Below are positions 40,106 to 55,663 of a stretch of DNA of 64,000 nucleotides, one piece after another (the stretch's first letter is position 1; each line of letters opens with the position of its first letter). Origin of the DNA: Acidimicrobiales bacterium (GTDB lineage Bacteria > Actinomycetota > Acidimicrobiia > Acidimicrobiales > JAUJNH01). The DNA lies in the NCBI GenBank assembly GCA_030448245.1, contig JAUJNH010000008.1:53588-117587 (forward strand), in the 5' to 3' direction. Made by a program: the position numbers and the translations under genes. Below the pieces are notes generated by a model that was given only the letters and a program-made list of their open reading frames with translations, was not told the origin of the DNA and did no database searches.

Positions 40106-40866
40106 GCCAGCCGCTCGCCGGTGGCTCAGCTCCGGTGACGACCGGCCTGCCCACGCCGGCCGTGGCGCTGGCCGTCGCCGCCCACCCGGACGACGTCGAG
40201 TTCCAGGCCGGTGCCACCCTGGCCAGGTGGGCGGCGGGCGGCTGCGAGGTCCATCACCTGATCCTCACGGACGGGTCGAAGGGCACGTGGGACCCGAACA
40301 CCGAACCGGCGGCGCTGGTCGCCGAGCGCGAGGCCGAGCAGCGGGCCGCCGCCCTCCGGCTCGGCGGCAGGAGTGGGGGCGTGCGGTTCCTCCGCTGGCC
40401 GGACGGCGAGCTCGAGGCCGGCCTCCGGCAGCGTGCTCAGGTGGCGGCGGCGATCCGGGAGGTGCGGCCCGAGGTGGTCCTGGGCCACGACCCGTGGAAG
40501 CGCTACCGCCTCCACCCCGACCACCGCAACGCCGGCTGGCTCGTCTGCGACGGCGTGGTGGCCGCGCGCGACCCGCTGTTCTTCCCGGAGCTGGCCACGC
40601 CCTGGCACCGCCCGCGTGCCCTACTGCTGTGGGAGGCCGACGAGGCGAACCACGTGGAGGTGGCCGACGAGGCGGCGGTCGAGGCCAAGGTGGCCGCCCT
40701 CCTGGAGCACCGCAGCCAGTTCGTCACCACCCACGGGATCACCGACGAGGCGGACACGGTCCAGCGGGCGGCCTTCACCGCCCGGGTGCGCGCCCGTCTG
40801 GCCGAGCGTGGTGCCCTGGCGGGCGTCGGCCTTGGAGAATCCTTTCGCCGGCTCGAGGACCTCTAG
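40102..40866 (+). CDS. PIG-L family deacetylase
   Basis: AAHPDDVE, LTDGSKG, REAEQRAAA, HPDHR. Confidence 0.92.
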   Translation: MSQPLAGGSAPVTTGLPTPAVALAVAAHPDDVEFQAGATLARWAAGGCEVHHLILTDGSKGTWDPNTEPAALVAEREAEQRAAALRLGGRSGGVRFLRWPDGELEAGLRQRAQVAAAIREVRPEVVLGHDPWKRYRLHPDHRNAGWLVCDGVVAARDPLFFPELATPWHRPRALLLWEADEANHVEVADEAAVEAKVAALLEHRSQFVTTHGITDEADTVQRAAFTARVRARLAERGALAGVGLGESFRRLEDL

Positions 40867-40887
40867 TCCTCGAGCCGGGCCCACCCG

Positions 40888-41331
40888 CTACTGCTTGGTG
40901 TTCCGCTTGGTGGCGGTCTTGGCGGCCTTGGTGGTGGGCGTGGACGACTTGGCCGCCGTCTTCGATGACCTTCCCGCGCCGGTCTTGGCTGCGCCGGTCG
41001 TCTTGGTCGTCTTCTTCTCGCCGGGCGACTGGGCCGCCTTCGACGCCTTCTCGACCTTCTCGACCTTGGCCCGGGAGGCCTTCTTCGTGTCCGGGGTGCT
41101 GCCGGCGCCACCGAGCCCCTTGGAGGTCTTGCCGGCCTGGGAGGTCTTGGAGGGGTTCTTCGCCGTCTTCGGCGTGGGGCCCGACTCGGACGTCTCGGCC
41201 GACTCCGCCTTGCCGGAGCCGGTCGCCCTGGTGGTCTTCACGTCGGTGTTCTGCCGGCCGGCCTCCTTCGAGCTGCCGGGGACCACCTTCTTCACGGCCG
41301 AGGCGATCTTGTTCGACTTCTTGACACCCAT
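40888..41331 (-). CDS. Lys/Ala/Thr-rich histone-H1-like basic protein
   Basis: MGVKKSNKIASAVKK..KKTTKTTGAAKTG..AAKTATKRNTKQ; AAG-rich coding bias; starts 2 nt after the hup stop. Confidence 0.7.
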   Translation of the reverse strand: MGVKKSNKIASAVKKVVPGSSKEAGRQNTDVKTTRATGSGKAESAETSESGPTPKTAKNPSKTSQAGKTSKGLGGAGSTPDTKKASRAKVEKVEKASKAAQSPGEKKTTKTTGAAKTGAGRSSKTAAKSSTPTTKAAKTATKRNTKQ

Positions 41332-41333
41332 GG

Positions 41334-41717
41334 TCAGCCCCTCTTCTTCGCGGTGGTCTTCTTGGCCGGTGCGGCCTTCTTGGCGGCCGACTTGTTGGCC
41401 GGTGCGGTCTTGGATCCTGCTGCCTTCTTGGCGGCCGACTTCTTGGCGTTGAGCGCCGTCTTGAAGCCCTGCGCCGGAGCGAACTTGACGCTCTTCGATG
41501 CCGCGATCTTGATGGAGGCCCCCGTCTGGGGGTTGCGACCCGTTCGAGCGGCGTTGGCCTTGGGTGAGAACTTCCCAAAGCCGAAGACCGACACCTCCTC
41601 GCCCTTCTTGACGGTGTCGACGATGCCGCTGAGGACGGCTTCCACCGCCGCCTCAGCTTCCTTCTTGCCGGTTCCCGTGGACGACGCCACGTGATCGACC
41701 AGGTCTGCCTTGTTCAC
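41334..41717 (-). CDS. hup: HU family DNA-binding protein with AAKK tail
   Basis: MNKADLV..GFGKF..ARTGRNPQTG..IAASKSVKF. Confidence 0.96.
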   Translation of the reverse strand: MNKADLVDHVASSTGTGKKEAEAAVEAVLSGIVDTVKKGEEVSVFGFGKFSPKANAARTGRNPQTGASIKIAASKSVKFAPAQGFKTALNAKKSAAKKAAGSKTAPANKSAAKKAAPAKKTTAKKRG

Positions 41718-41852
41718 GCCACCTCCTGGTGGTTGGGGAAGTTCCTAGCAATGAAAGGGGTTCTGGCCCTCCAGGTCAAGCATCCTCCAGCGGATCCGCG
41801 GGATTTTTGGCTTCCTGGCCATCGAAACCCAGGATCTGCAAGGGTTCGGGCC

Positions 41853-42083
41853 GTGCAACCGCTGCCTGACGGGTCGTACGAGGCGATGGTCGTCGAGGTC
41901 TCGCCGCCCGCCGAAGGACGGGGCGCCCGCCTCGAGCTGGCGCTGCTGGACGGCGAGCACAAGGGCGACGTCGTGCACGTGCGGTCGCCGGGGCTGGACC
42001 CGGACGACCTCTCGCTGCTCGGCCGGGTTGCCCGAGTGACGGTCGTGGCCGGCGTCCCGGGGGTGCGCCTTGACCAGCGGTGA
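41853..42083 (+). CDS. Small hypothetical beta-rich protein
   Basis: LPDGSYEAMVVEV..LELALLDGEHKGDVVHV..VVAGVPGVRLD; overlaps the ppk2 start. Confidence 0.65.
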   Translation: MQPLPDGSYEAMVVEVSPPAEGRGARLELALLDGEHKGDVVHVRSPGLDPDDLSLLGRVARVTVVAGVPGVRLDQR

Positions 42084-42897
42084 GCGGCCGGCCGCGACGG
42101 GCCGGCTCACGTCACTGGACCTGTCCGTGCGGCTGTCGAGGGAGGAGGAGGCCCGGCGGCTGGAGGCGGCGTCGCGCCGCCTGCTGCAGCTGCGGCTGGT
42201 CCTCGGCGGCCACCTGGCGGCCGACGGGACGCTCGAGGGCGAGCGCCGCCTGGGACCGCCGCTGTGCATCGTGTTCGAGGGGTGGGACGCCTCGGGCAAG
42301 GGCGGCGTCATCCGCCGGCTGGTGACGCCGCTCGACCCCCGTCACGTGTCGGTCGCGCAGTTCGCCGCGCCCACGCCCCGCGAGAAGCGCCACCACTTCC
42401 TCTGGCGCTTCTGGCCGGTGCTGCCGGGGTGGGGCGGGATGACCGTGCTCGACCGCAGCTGGTACGGGCGGGTGCTGGTGGAGCGGGTCGAGGGCTTCGC
42501 CACCGATGAGCAGTGGGGCCGGGCCTACCAGGAGATCGTCGAGTTCGAGCACACCCTCGTGGCCGAGGGGACCATCCTGCTGAAGTTCTGGCTCGAGATC
42601 TCCGACGCCGAGCAGCTGGCCCGCTTCGAGCGGCGAGCGGGCGACCCCCTGAAGGCGTGGAAGCTGGGTGACGAGGACTGGCGCAACCGCGGGAAGCGGG
42701 CCGACTACGAGGCCGCCATCGAGGAGATGGTGGCGCGCACCGACCATCTCGCGGCACCGTGGCTGCTGATCCCGGCCGAGTCGAAGCGCTACGGCCGGGT
42801 GGCCGTGGTCGAGCGCACCGTGGCCGCCGTCGAGGACGGCCTGCGGGCCCGGGGCTTCGGAGAGGTCTCTCCGCTCCGACGGCCGGCGGGCGGATAG
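42070..42897 (+). CDS. ppk2: Polyphosphate kinase 2 family protein
   Basis: FEGWDASGKGG, LDPR, HFLWRF, DRSWYGRVLVERVEG, WKLGDEDWRNR. Confidence 0.94.
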   Translation: MTSGERPAATGRLTSLDLSVRLSREEEARRLEAASRRLLQLRLVLGGHLAADGTLEGERRLGPPLCIVFEGWDASGKGGVIRRLVTPLDPRHVSVAQFAAPTPREKRHHFLWRFWPVLPGWGGMTVLDRSWYGRVLVERVEGFATDEQWGRAYQEIVEFEHTLVAEGTILLKFWLEISDAEQLARFERRAGDPLKAWKLGDEDWRNRGKRADYEAAIEEMVARTDHLAAPWLLIPAESKRYGRVAVVERTVAAVEDGLRARGFGEVSPLRRPAGG

Positions 42898-42957
42898 CGG
42901 GGCGGCGCCGAGGGCGACGGGCGCCCGGCGCCCCGGTGACTAAGGTCGCCCGACGAC

Positions 42958-44832
<1,875 letters not shown>

Positions 44833-44979
44833 CCTGAGGTCTCCCGCCAGGGCTGCGGCCGGATGGTGGCGCTTCGTTCCTAGCTGGGCGTGTTGACCGC
44901 GCCGTGGGTTGGGTGAGTTCCGATCCGGGGATATCCTGCTTCCGTGGCCCCTCTCCTGCTCTCCCAGATCCGAACCTAG

Positions 44980-47151
44980 GTGGAAGCCATCCGGGCGCAC
45001 CGGGTTCGGTCGGCGGCCGCGGCCATGGCCATCCTCCTGGTCCTGATCGCGGTGGTGCCGCCGCTGCGCAGCATCGCCACCTTGGCGGTGTCGAAGGTCA
45101 TCCTCGTGGTGACCACCCCGTTCGCCCCAAGCGTGAAGGGGCTGAACACCGCCCCGGAGAGCTCGAGGGTGGTGGCGGCCGACGGCTCGCCGCTCGGCAC
45201 CTTCGAAGAGGGTGAGCGGCTCCCCGTCCGGGTGGCCGACCTCCCTCCCCACGTGACCGGCGCTGTCCTCGCCGCCGAGGACGACGACTTCTACAAGCAC
45301 GACGGGGTCGACCCGTCCGCCATCGTCCGGGCCACGCTCAACATGGCCACCGGCAGCAAGCAGCAGGGTGGCTCGACCATCACCCAGCAGCTGGCCAAGC
45401 TGAACTACACCAGCGGAGAGCGCACCGTGTTCCGCAAGCTGCGCGAAGTGCTGTTCGCCACCCGCCTCGAACGGACCTACTCGAAGGACGAGCTGCTCGA
45501 GCGCTACCTCAACCAGGTCTACTTGGGGGACGGCACCTACGGCATCGAGGCTGCGGCGCGGCGCACCTTCGGCGTGCCTGCGGCCAAGCTCACGCCCGAC
45601 CAGGCCGCCGCCATCGCCGTGCGCATCCGCAGCCCGCGCAACATCGACCCGAGGAAGAAGCCTGACGCCGTCCTGAGCCGGCGCAACACCGTGCTCGGGT
45701 CCATGGCCGATCTCGGCACCGTGCCGAAGGACCAGCTGGCCGGGCTGCAGGCCACGCCGCTCGCCCCCATCCCGCTGCCACCGTCGTCGGCCAAGCCCGA
45801 GCGCCTCGTGGTCGACCGAGCTCGGCAGGAGGCGCTGGAGCTCGACGTCCTCGGCGGCAACGAGGAGGACAGGCTGACCAAGCTCGAGGGTGGCGGGCTC
45901 ATCATCGAGACAGCGCTCGACCCGAAGGGCCAGAAGGCCGCCCGCGAGGCCGCCCAGGCCACCCTCCCCCGCCCGGAGGACGCCAGCGCCGCCATCGTCA
46001 GCGTCCAGCCGGGCGACGGTGCCATCAAGGTCCTGGTCGGCGACTCCAAGGGCGGCCAGTTCGACGTGGCCACCAACGGTCGGCGCCAGCCGGGTTCGTC
46101 GTTCAAGCCCTTCACCTATGCGGCCGCCCTCGAGGACCGCATCCACCCCGGCACCACCTACGAGTCCAGCTCGCCCCAGAGCTTCACCTACCGGGGCAGC
46201 ACCTTCCAGGTGCAGAACGCCGAGGGCGGAACCGGCGGCCCCATCACCTTCGACCAGGCGACGGTCGAGTCGGTGAACGTCGTCTACATGCAGGTGGCGC
46301 TCAAGGTCGGACCCGACAAGGTGAAGAAGGTGGCCGAGCGCCTGGGTGAGCCCAGCGACCTGCAGGCCGTCCCGTCTCTCGCGCTGGGCGGCGAAGGCAA
46401 GGGCGTCAGCCCGCTCGACCAGGCGGCCGCCTACGCCACCTTCGCCTCCGGCGGCACCTACGCCGAGCCCTACCTCGTGACCAGGATCAAAGACGCCACG
46501 GGCAAGGTGGTCTGGCAGCACGACAAGAAGACCCGCAAGGCGATGGACCAGAAGCTGGCCGGCAACCTCAACCGCGTGCTCCAGCAGGCCGTCAGCGACG
46601 GCACCGGCAAGGCGGCGGCCATCGGCCGACCGGTGGCCGGCAAGACCGGCACCACCAACGACAGCAAGGACATCTGGTTCGTCGGCTACACCCCGCAGCT
46701 GGCCACCGCGGTGTGGGTCGGGTACGTGGACGCGCCAAAGACCGTCACCGACGCCAAGGGCCGGCCCCAGTTCGGCGGCGGCCCGCCGGCCAGGATCTTC
46801 TCGGGCACCATGAAGGCGGCGCTGCAGGGCGTGAGGGACACGCCGCTGCAGGTCAACACCCCCGAGGACCTTGGGCTGAAGCTCCCGGGCGGTGCCCCCC
46901 TCCCGCCGCCGCCGCCGCCGCCGCCGGTGAACGGTGCCGCTCCGACGACGGTGCCCCCGCTGGCCCCCCTCGACACGACCCCCCTGCCCGTGCCCACGGT
47001 GGCCCCGGTGGCGCCGCAGCCACAGGGCCCGCTGCCGACCACCCCGACGACCCGGCCACCTCGCGCCGCCACGACAACGAGGCCTCCACCCTCGACGACG
47101 ACGACGAGCGCTCCGCCGCCCCCCACCACCGCCCCGGCGACGGCGCCTTGA
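44980..47151 (+). CDS. Class A penicillin-binding protein (transglycosylase/transpeptidase)
   Basis: [39 protein letters not shown]; GSSFKPF, SVN, GKTGTT; Pro/Thr tail. Confidence 0.95.
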   Translation: MEAIRAHRVRSAAAAMAILLVLIAVVPPLRSIATLAVSKVILVVTTPFAPSVKGLNTAPESSRVVAADGSPLGTFEEGERLPVRVADLPPHVTGAVLAAEDDDFYKHDGVDPSAIVRATLNMATGSKQQGGSTITQQLAKLNYTSGERTVFRKLREVLFATRLERTYSKDELLERYLNQVYLGDGTYGIEAAARRTFGVPAAKLTPDQAAAIAVRIRSPRNIDPRKKPDAVLSRRNTVLGSMADLGTVPKDQLAGLQATPLAPIPLPPSSAKPERLVVDRARQEALELDVLGGNEEDRLTKLEGGGLIIETALDPKGQKAAREAAQATLPRPEDASAAIVSVQPGDGAIKVLVGDSKGGQFDVATNGRRQPGSSFKPFTYAAALEDRIHPGTTYESSSPQSFTYRGSTFQVQNAEGGTGGPITFDQATVESVNVVYMQVALKVGPDKVKKVAERLGEPSDLQAVPSLALGGEGKGVSPLDQAAAYATFASGGTYAEPYLVTRIKDATGKVVWQHDKKTRKAMDQKLAGNLNRVLQQAVSDGTGKAAAIGRPVAGKTGTTNDSKDIWFVGYTPQLATAVWVGYVDAPKTVTDAKGRPQFGGGPPARIFSGTMKAALQGVRDTPLQVNTPEDLGLKLPGGAPLPPPPPPPPVNGAAPTTVPPLAPLDTTPLPVPTVAPVAPQPQGPLPTTPTTRPPRAATTTRPPPSTTTTSAPPPPTTAPATAP

Positions 47152-47163
47152 CCAAGGGGGTCG

Positions 47164-47661
47164 TCACCTGGCCGGCGTGACCACGAGGAGGCTGGCGGCG
47201 CCGAGGTCGATCTCGAGGCGGGCCAGTCCGCCTCTGACGTCCAGCCAGGCCTGAGCCGGGGGGCTGCCATCGAGGCGGAGGTGGCGGCCCTCCCACCGAG
47301 CCGGCCGTTCGACCAGCGGGGCCAGCAGCCATGCCGGTTCAGCGGCCGGCACGTCGACGGTGGTGCCGAGGGCGTGGAGGCGGTCTCCTTCCTGCACCCC
47401 GCGCAGGCCGGCGGCCGCCACCTCGGTCCGGTCGCCGTCCACCCGGGCGCGAGCGATCTCGCTGCCCTCGGATGTCACGAGGGTGACCAGGAGCGGCGTG
47501 ACCAGGGCGAGCTCGTGGGCCCGCCGAGCCGCCTGCACGGGGTCAACGGGGGGTCCATGCTGCGCCGGACCGTGCCGGCCCACAGGTCCGAGCGCAACGA
47601 CCACAGCGACGGCCAGCACCACCATCACCACCACCAGCAGAGCGGTTCGCCGCACGGGCAC
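47164..47661 (-). CDS. Hypothetical membrane-anchored protein
   Basis: N-terminal TM/signal segment followed by a beta-rich domain. Confidence 0.55.
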   Translation of the reverse strand: MPVRRTALLVVVMVVLAVAVVVALGPVGRHGPAQHGPPVDPVQAARRAHELALVTPLLVTLVTSEGSEIARARVDGDRTEVAAAGLRGVQEGDRLHALGTTVDVPAAEPAWLLAPLVERPARWEGRHLRLDGSPPAQAWLDVRGGLARLEIDLGAASLLVVTPAR

Positions 47662-47765
47662 CTCCGAGGACCATCGGGAGGGCAGGGGTGCCGAGCGGCC
47701 AATCGGGCCGGGCCCGCAAGACTACCCGGCCAAGCCGGGGACCCGGCCGACGGGAGCCCCGGCTC

Positions 47766-50213
<2,448 letters not shown>

Positions 50214-50305
50214 GAACGGCCCTCCTTCGAGCGGTAACGGTGTAACTACCGTCGACGGCGCCGCTATTCCGGCACCTCGCGAGGGCCAGCGGGCAGGATG
50301 GAGCC

Positions 50306-51297
50306 GTGAGCGACCGGTGGCCTCCGCCTCCCCCTCCCCCCGGCGGGCCACCGCCGCCCGATGGGCCACCGAGCGGACCGCCGCCCCCGCCCGGGGCGCC
50401 ACCGCCACCGGACCCGCCTCCTCCGCCGGCGCCCCCGCCCCGGCGGGCCCCGCCGCCGCCCGGCGGCCCCCGCCGCCGCCCGGCGGGCCACCGCCGCCAC
50501 CTCCCTGGAGCCCTCCCCCGTCGGGCCCGCCACCCCAGCCGCCGCCCCAGGCCCTGCCGACCGGATGGAGCCCGCCGCCGGGCGGCCCGATGCCGCCGGG
50601 CGGCCCGATGCCCCCACCCGGGGCCCCGTTCCCGCCCCCGGGGCAGGGGCCGCCGCCGGGCTGGGGCGGCCCGCCGCCTCCCCCTCGCAAGTCCAGGACC
50701 GGCCTGGTGGTCGGCCTCGTGCTGGGCGGGCTGGCCCTCCTGGCGCTCCTCGTCATCGGCGGGACGCTGCTGGCCGTCAACAGCGGCGAGGAGGACGCCG
50801 AACCCCCGAGCACGACGGTGGACCCGCGCTCGTCGACCACGCGGGCGTCGACCGCCGGCACGGGCCCGACCACCTCGGTGGCCGGCACGGGGCCCCCCGC
50901 CTCGGTCACGGCCGACCAGGCGGAGAACTTCTTGAAGGAGCAGCAGGAGAAGGCCCTGCCCGACGTCCCCGTCTCCACGGTCACCTGCCCGTCCGAGCCC
51001 TACCGGGTGGGCCACGTCATCCTCTGCCGGATGGTGCTCCAGGCGACGCCGGTGCTCTACCAGGTCACCATCACGGGCGTTGACGCCCTCGTGGTGAAGC
51101 CGGCCAGGCCGATCATCGACACCGACAAGGCCGAGGTGCTGGTCGAGGACAACGAGGTCGGCAGCGTCGCCGACTGCGGCTCGCCCCGGATCCGTCAGGT
51201 CGAGATCGGCGCCACCTTCTCGTGCAGGACGGCCACGAGCACCTGGGACTTCACGGTCCGCGACGAGTACGGCCAGGTCGCCGGCACACGCCGCTGA
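50306..51297 (+). CDS. Pro-rich membrane protein with DUF4333-like extracellular domain (frameshift ~50460)
   Basis: MSDRWPPPP..., TM helix, then VTCP..GHVILCR and ADCG..GATFSCR. Confidence 0.7.
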
Positions 51298-51349
51298 TCC
51301 TCCCGGCTGCTCTCAGTCGGCCGGTCACCCGGCACCTCTCGACGGAGCT

Positions 51350-51654
51350 CCGGCTCACCCCGGTCGGGCGCGTCGGCGAACTCCGGGTGGTAGACGGTCT
51401 CCGGTGCCGGCGGGGAGAGGCTCCGGGCGGCACAGAGGTGCGAGAGGGTCTGCTCCCAGCGGGCGCCGTCCATCGAACCGGGCGCAGCACCGTTGGAAGA
51501 CGGAGGGAGCCAGCAGCCGCCAGCCCTCGCGGGCGTCGTCCTCGTCGGCCTCCGGGTACCGGCGCCGCAGGTACGGCAGGTGGTAGCCGGGCAGTCAGGT
51601 GGGGCAGTAGAAGCTCAGCCGGAGCCGCTGTCGAACCTTCCCGTCGGATCCCAT
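51350..51654 (-). pseudogene. Degenerate, internally deleted ABC substrate-binding (NMT1/THI5-like) gene with in-frame TGA
   Basis: MGSDGKVRQRLRLSFYCPT*LPGYHLPYL joined to RRRYPEAD..GWRLLAPSVF(fs)..GSMDGARWEQTL..ETVYHPEF. Confidence 0.45.
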
Positions 51655-51796
51655 GAAGCTCCCGCCGTGCCGCACATCGGCTCGGGGTCGAATACTGCTG
51701 TGGCCCCCGAAGGGCGTCAAGCGTGCGCTGCATACCGAGCGACGCCCGCCCACAAGCGCTTCGGCTTGCGAAGCTTCGTGCCGTAGCGTTGCCGAG

Positions 51797-54700
51797 GTGG
51801 CAGGCGAGGCGGATCGGCTGGGGTGGGGACGCCAGCTGCTGCGCTGGCTGGCCCCCCACCGGCTGAACGTCGGCATCGCCCTCGGCGCCGGGCTGCTGGG
51901 CACCGGGGTGGCGGGGCTGACGCCCCTGGTGCAGAAGGTGGTGGTCGACGACGTCACCCGCGGCACGGGCGACGCCATCGCGCCATGGCTCCTGCTGCTG
52001 GTGGTCGCCGGCGTGGCCCGCTTCGCCCTCGCCTACGTGCGCCGCTTCTTCGGCGGCCGGGTGGCGGCCGACGTGCAGTACGACCTGCGCACGGCCCTGT
52101 TCCGCCACGTGCAGCGCCTCGACGTGGCCAGCCACGACCAGCTCCAGACCGGTCAGCTCGTCGCCCGAGCCACGACGGACGTCAACGCGCTCCACCACCT
52201 GCTGAGCCTGCTGCCCCTGGTGTTCGGCAACGTGCTGCTGTTCGTCATAACCCTCGGGATCATGCTGCGGCTGTCCCCGCTGCTGACGCTGGTCGTCTTC
52301 GGCGTGGTGCCGCTCATGGCCCTGGCCACGGACCGGGTCCGCCGGACGATCTTCCCGGCCAGCTGGGATGCCAGCCAGCACGCCGGCGTGGTGGCTGGCA
52401 TCGTCGAGGAGTCGGTCTCGGGGGTGCGGGTGGTGAAGGGCTTCGGCCAGGAGCGGCGCGAGCTGGCCCGCCTCAGCCAGGGTGCCGCCGACCTGCTGGC
52501 CAGCCGCACCCGCCTGGTCCGCCTGCAGGCCCGCTTCGGCCCCACGCTCCAGGTGATCCCGATCCTGGCCCAGGTGGCCGTGCTGGCCGTCGGCGGCTGG
52601 CTCGCCATCCGGGGCCGCATCACCCTCGGGACCTTCCTGGCCTTCAACGTGTACGTCACCTCGCTGGTCGGCCCGGTCCGCACCGCCTCGTTCCTGGTGG
52701 CGGCCAGCCAGCAGGTCAAGGCCAGCATCCAGCGCCTCACCGAGGTGCTCGACGCCAACCCGCAGGTGGCTGACCGGCCGGGCGCAGCGCTGCTGACCAC
52801 CGCCGACGGCGCCCTCGAGCTCGACGACGTCACGTTCGGCTACACCCGGGACGAGGCCGTGCTCGACTCGTTCAGCCTCAGGGTGGAGCCGGGCGAGACC
52901 GTGGCGCTCGTGGGTACCAGCGGCTCCGGCAAGAGCACGGTGGCCCTGCTCCTGCCCCGCTTCTACGACGTGCACGCCGGGGCCGTCCGCATCGGCGGGA
53001 CCGACGTGCGCGACGTGACCCTCGAGTCGCTGCGGCGGCGGATCGGCGTGGTGTTCGAGGAGCCGTTCCTGTTCTCCGACACGATTCGGGCGAACATCGC
53101 CTACGGCCGCCCTGACGCCACCGACGACGAGGTCGAGGCGGCGGCCCGTGCGGCCGAGGCCCACGCGTTCGTCTCGGAGCTGCCCGACGGGTACGACAGC
53201 GTCGTCGGCGAGCAGGGCCTGACCCTGTCAGGCGGCCAGCGCCAGCGAGTGGCCCTGGCCCGGGCCCTCCTCACCGACCCCCAGGTGCTGATCCTCGACG
53301 ACGCCATGTCGGCGATCGACAGCCGGGTCGAAGAGGAGATCCTGGCCACCCTCTCGCGGCTGCTGGCCGGCCGGACCACGGTGCTGGTCGCCCACCGACG
53401 CTCGACGCTCCGGTTGGCCGACCGGATCGCCGTCGTCGACGGGGGCCGGGTGGTGGCGATCGGGACGGCGGACGAGCTGGAGGCGACCAGTCCGCTCTAC
53501 CGGGCGCTGCTGTCGGGGCCGGACGAGGACGTCGAGCACGCCGCCGACGTCGAGGAGGCAGACGTCGCCGCTGGCCGGGATGCCGCCCCCTGGGACGGCC
53601 GGCCGACGGCCACCCTGTGGGCCCGCCGCGAGGTGTCGGCGGCCGAGGCCCTCGCCGCTGCGGGCCGCCTGCCGAAGCCGGACCCGACCGCCACCTCCCG
53701 CCCAGGAGGCCATGGGCACGGCAGGGGCGGCGGCATGCGGGGACCGGCCACATCGGCGCCTCGATGGTGGCCACGCCCGAGCTGCTGACGTCGGTCGCGG
53801 CCCTGCCTCCGGCCACGGACCGTCCGGACGTGGGGGTCGACGAGCTCGACGTGGCCGAGCCGTCGTTCTCCTTCTGGCGCTTCGTGCGCCGGTGGCGACG
53901 GCTGCTGGGCTTCGGCGTCGGCCTCGTCGTGGTCGACTCGGTCACCAACCTCCTCGGGCCGACCGTCGTCCGCTACGGCGTCGACAACGGGGTCGAGCCG
54001 GGGCGGACCGGCGTGCTGTGGGCGGCCACCGCGGTGGCCCTCCTGGTCGCCGTGATCTCGTGGGGCAACGCCATCGTCGAGCAGCTCGTGACGGGCGCGA
54101 CCGCCGAGAAGGTCCTGTACGCGCTGCGGGTGCGGGTGTTCGCCCACCTGCAGCGCCTGTCGCTCGGCTACTACGACCGCGAGATGGGCGGCCGAATCAT
54201 GACCCGCATGACGACCGACGTCGACGCCATGCAGCAGCTGCTGGCGACCGGCCTGGTGCAAGCGGTCGTCAGCGGCGTCACCTGCAGCGGCGTGGCCGTG
54301 GCGCTCGTCCTGATGAGCCCGCCGCTGGCCCTCGTCACGTCTGCCGTCGTCCCGCCGCTGGCCCTCGCCACCTGGCTGTACCGCCGGCGGGCCCACGCGG
54401 CCTACGACCGGGCCCGCGAGCGGGTGGCCGAGGTCAACGCCGACTTCCAGGAGAACCTCTCGGGGGTCCGGGTGGCGCAGGCCTACAGCCGGGAGGAGCG
54501 CAACGAGGCCCGCTTCGCCGGGCTGGCCGACCGCTACCGGCGGGCCCGGGTCGACGCCCAGCGCCTCGTCGCCCTGTACTTCCCGTTCGTCGAGATGCTC
54601 TCGGAGCTGGCCAACGCCCTGGTGCTGGGAGCCGGAGCGGTGTTCGTGACCCGCGGCACCACCACGACGGGCGAGCTCATCGCCTTCCTCCTGTACCTCA

Positions 54701-55596
54701 ACCTGTTCTTCGCGCCGATCCAGCAGCTGTCGTCGGTGTTCGACACGTGGCAGCAGGCCCGCATCTCGATCGGCCGGATCGAGGGGCTCCTGGCCCTGCC
54801 CTCGGGCACGCCGCCGGCCGATCACCCGGTCGACCCGGGGCGCCCGACCGGCCGGATCGACCTGGTCGGCGTCCGGTTCCGCTACGACGGCACGGCCGAC
54901 GAGGCACTGCGGGGCGTCGATCTCACCATCGAGCCGGGCCAGACCGTCGCCTTTGTCGGTGAGACGGGCGCCGGCAAGTCGACGGTCCTGAAGCTGGTGG
55001 CCCGCTTCTACGACGTCACCGGCGGCGCCGTGCTCGTCGACGGCGTCGACGTCCGCCAGCTCGACCTCACGGCCTTCCGCCAGCAGCTCGGCGTGGTGCC
55101 GCAGGAGCCGTTCCTGTTCGCCGGGACGATCCGCGACAACATCGCCTACGGCCGCCCGGACGCCACCGAGGCCGAGGTCGAGGCGGCGGCCCGGGCGGTC
55201 GGTGCCCACCCGGTGGTGGCCAGCCTGCCGGGCGGCTACACCCACGTCGTCGGTGAGCGCGGCCGCAGCCTGTCGGCCGGGCAGCGCCAGCTGATCGCCC
55301 TGGCCCGCGCCCTGCTTCCCGACCCGCCGATCCTCCTGCTCGACGAGGCCACGGCCAACCTCGACCTGGCCACCGAGGCCAGGGTGACCGAGGGGATGGG
55401 GGTCGCGGCCCGTGGCCGCACCACCCTCCTGATCGCCCATCGCCTGCCCACCGCGGCGGGAGCCGACCGCATCGTGGTCCTCGACGGCGGCCGGGTGGTC
55501 GAGTCGGGCACCCACGCCGAGCTGCTGGCTCGCGGCGGCCGCTACACCCAGCTGTGGCAGGCGTTCGCCGGAGCCGACGCCGGCGCCGCCGCCTGA
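51797..55596 (+). CDS. Fused (TMD-NBD)x2 ABC exporter, Rv0194-like; frameshift ~53745
   Basis: Two TMDs; [22 protein letters not shown] and [22 protein letters not shown]; the two overlapping ORFs join by one indel. Confidence 0.92.
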
Positions 55597-55651
55597 CCGA
55601 CACACACCAAGAAAAAGAGCAGCGGACAGCCCGATCGGCCGGGTCGCTGAG

Positions 55652-55657
55652 TAGGTT
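55652..55657 (+). promoter_or_regulatory. Leaderless -10 element for the S8 peptidase/DGC operon
   Basis: TAGGTT six nt upstream of GTG 55664, the same geometry as other leaderless genes in the window. Confidence 0.6.
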
Positions 55658-55663
55658 GGGCCG

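Noticed and set aside
51797-55596. ABC exporter as the dedicated exporter of the S8/peptide system
   Set aside because: It is a generic Rv0194-like fused exporter without a C39 peptidase domain; the S8 gene has its own signal peptide and promoter, so linkage is unsupported without synteny data
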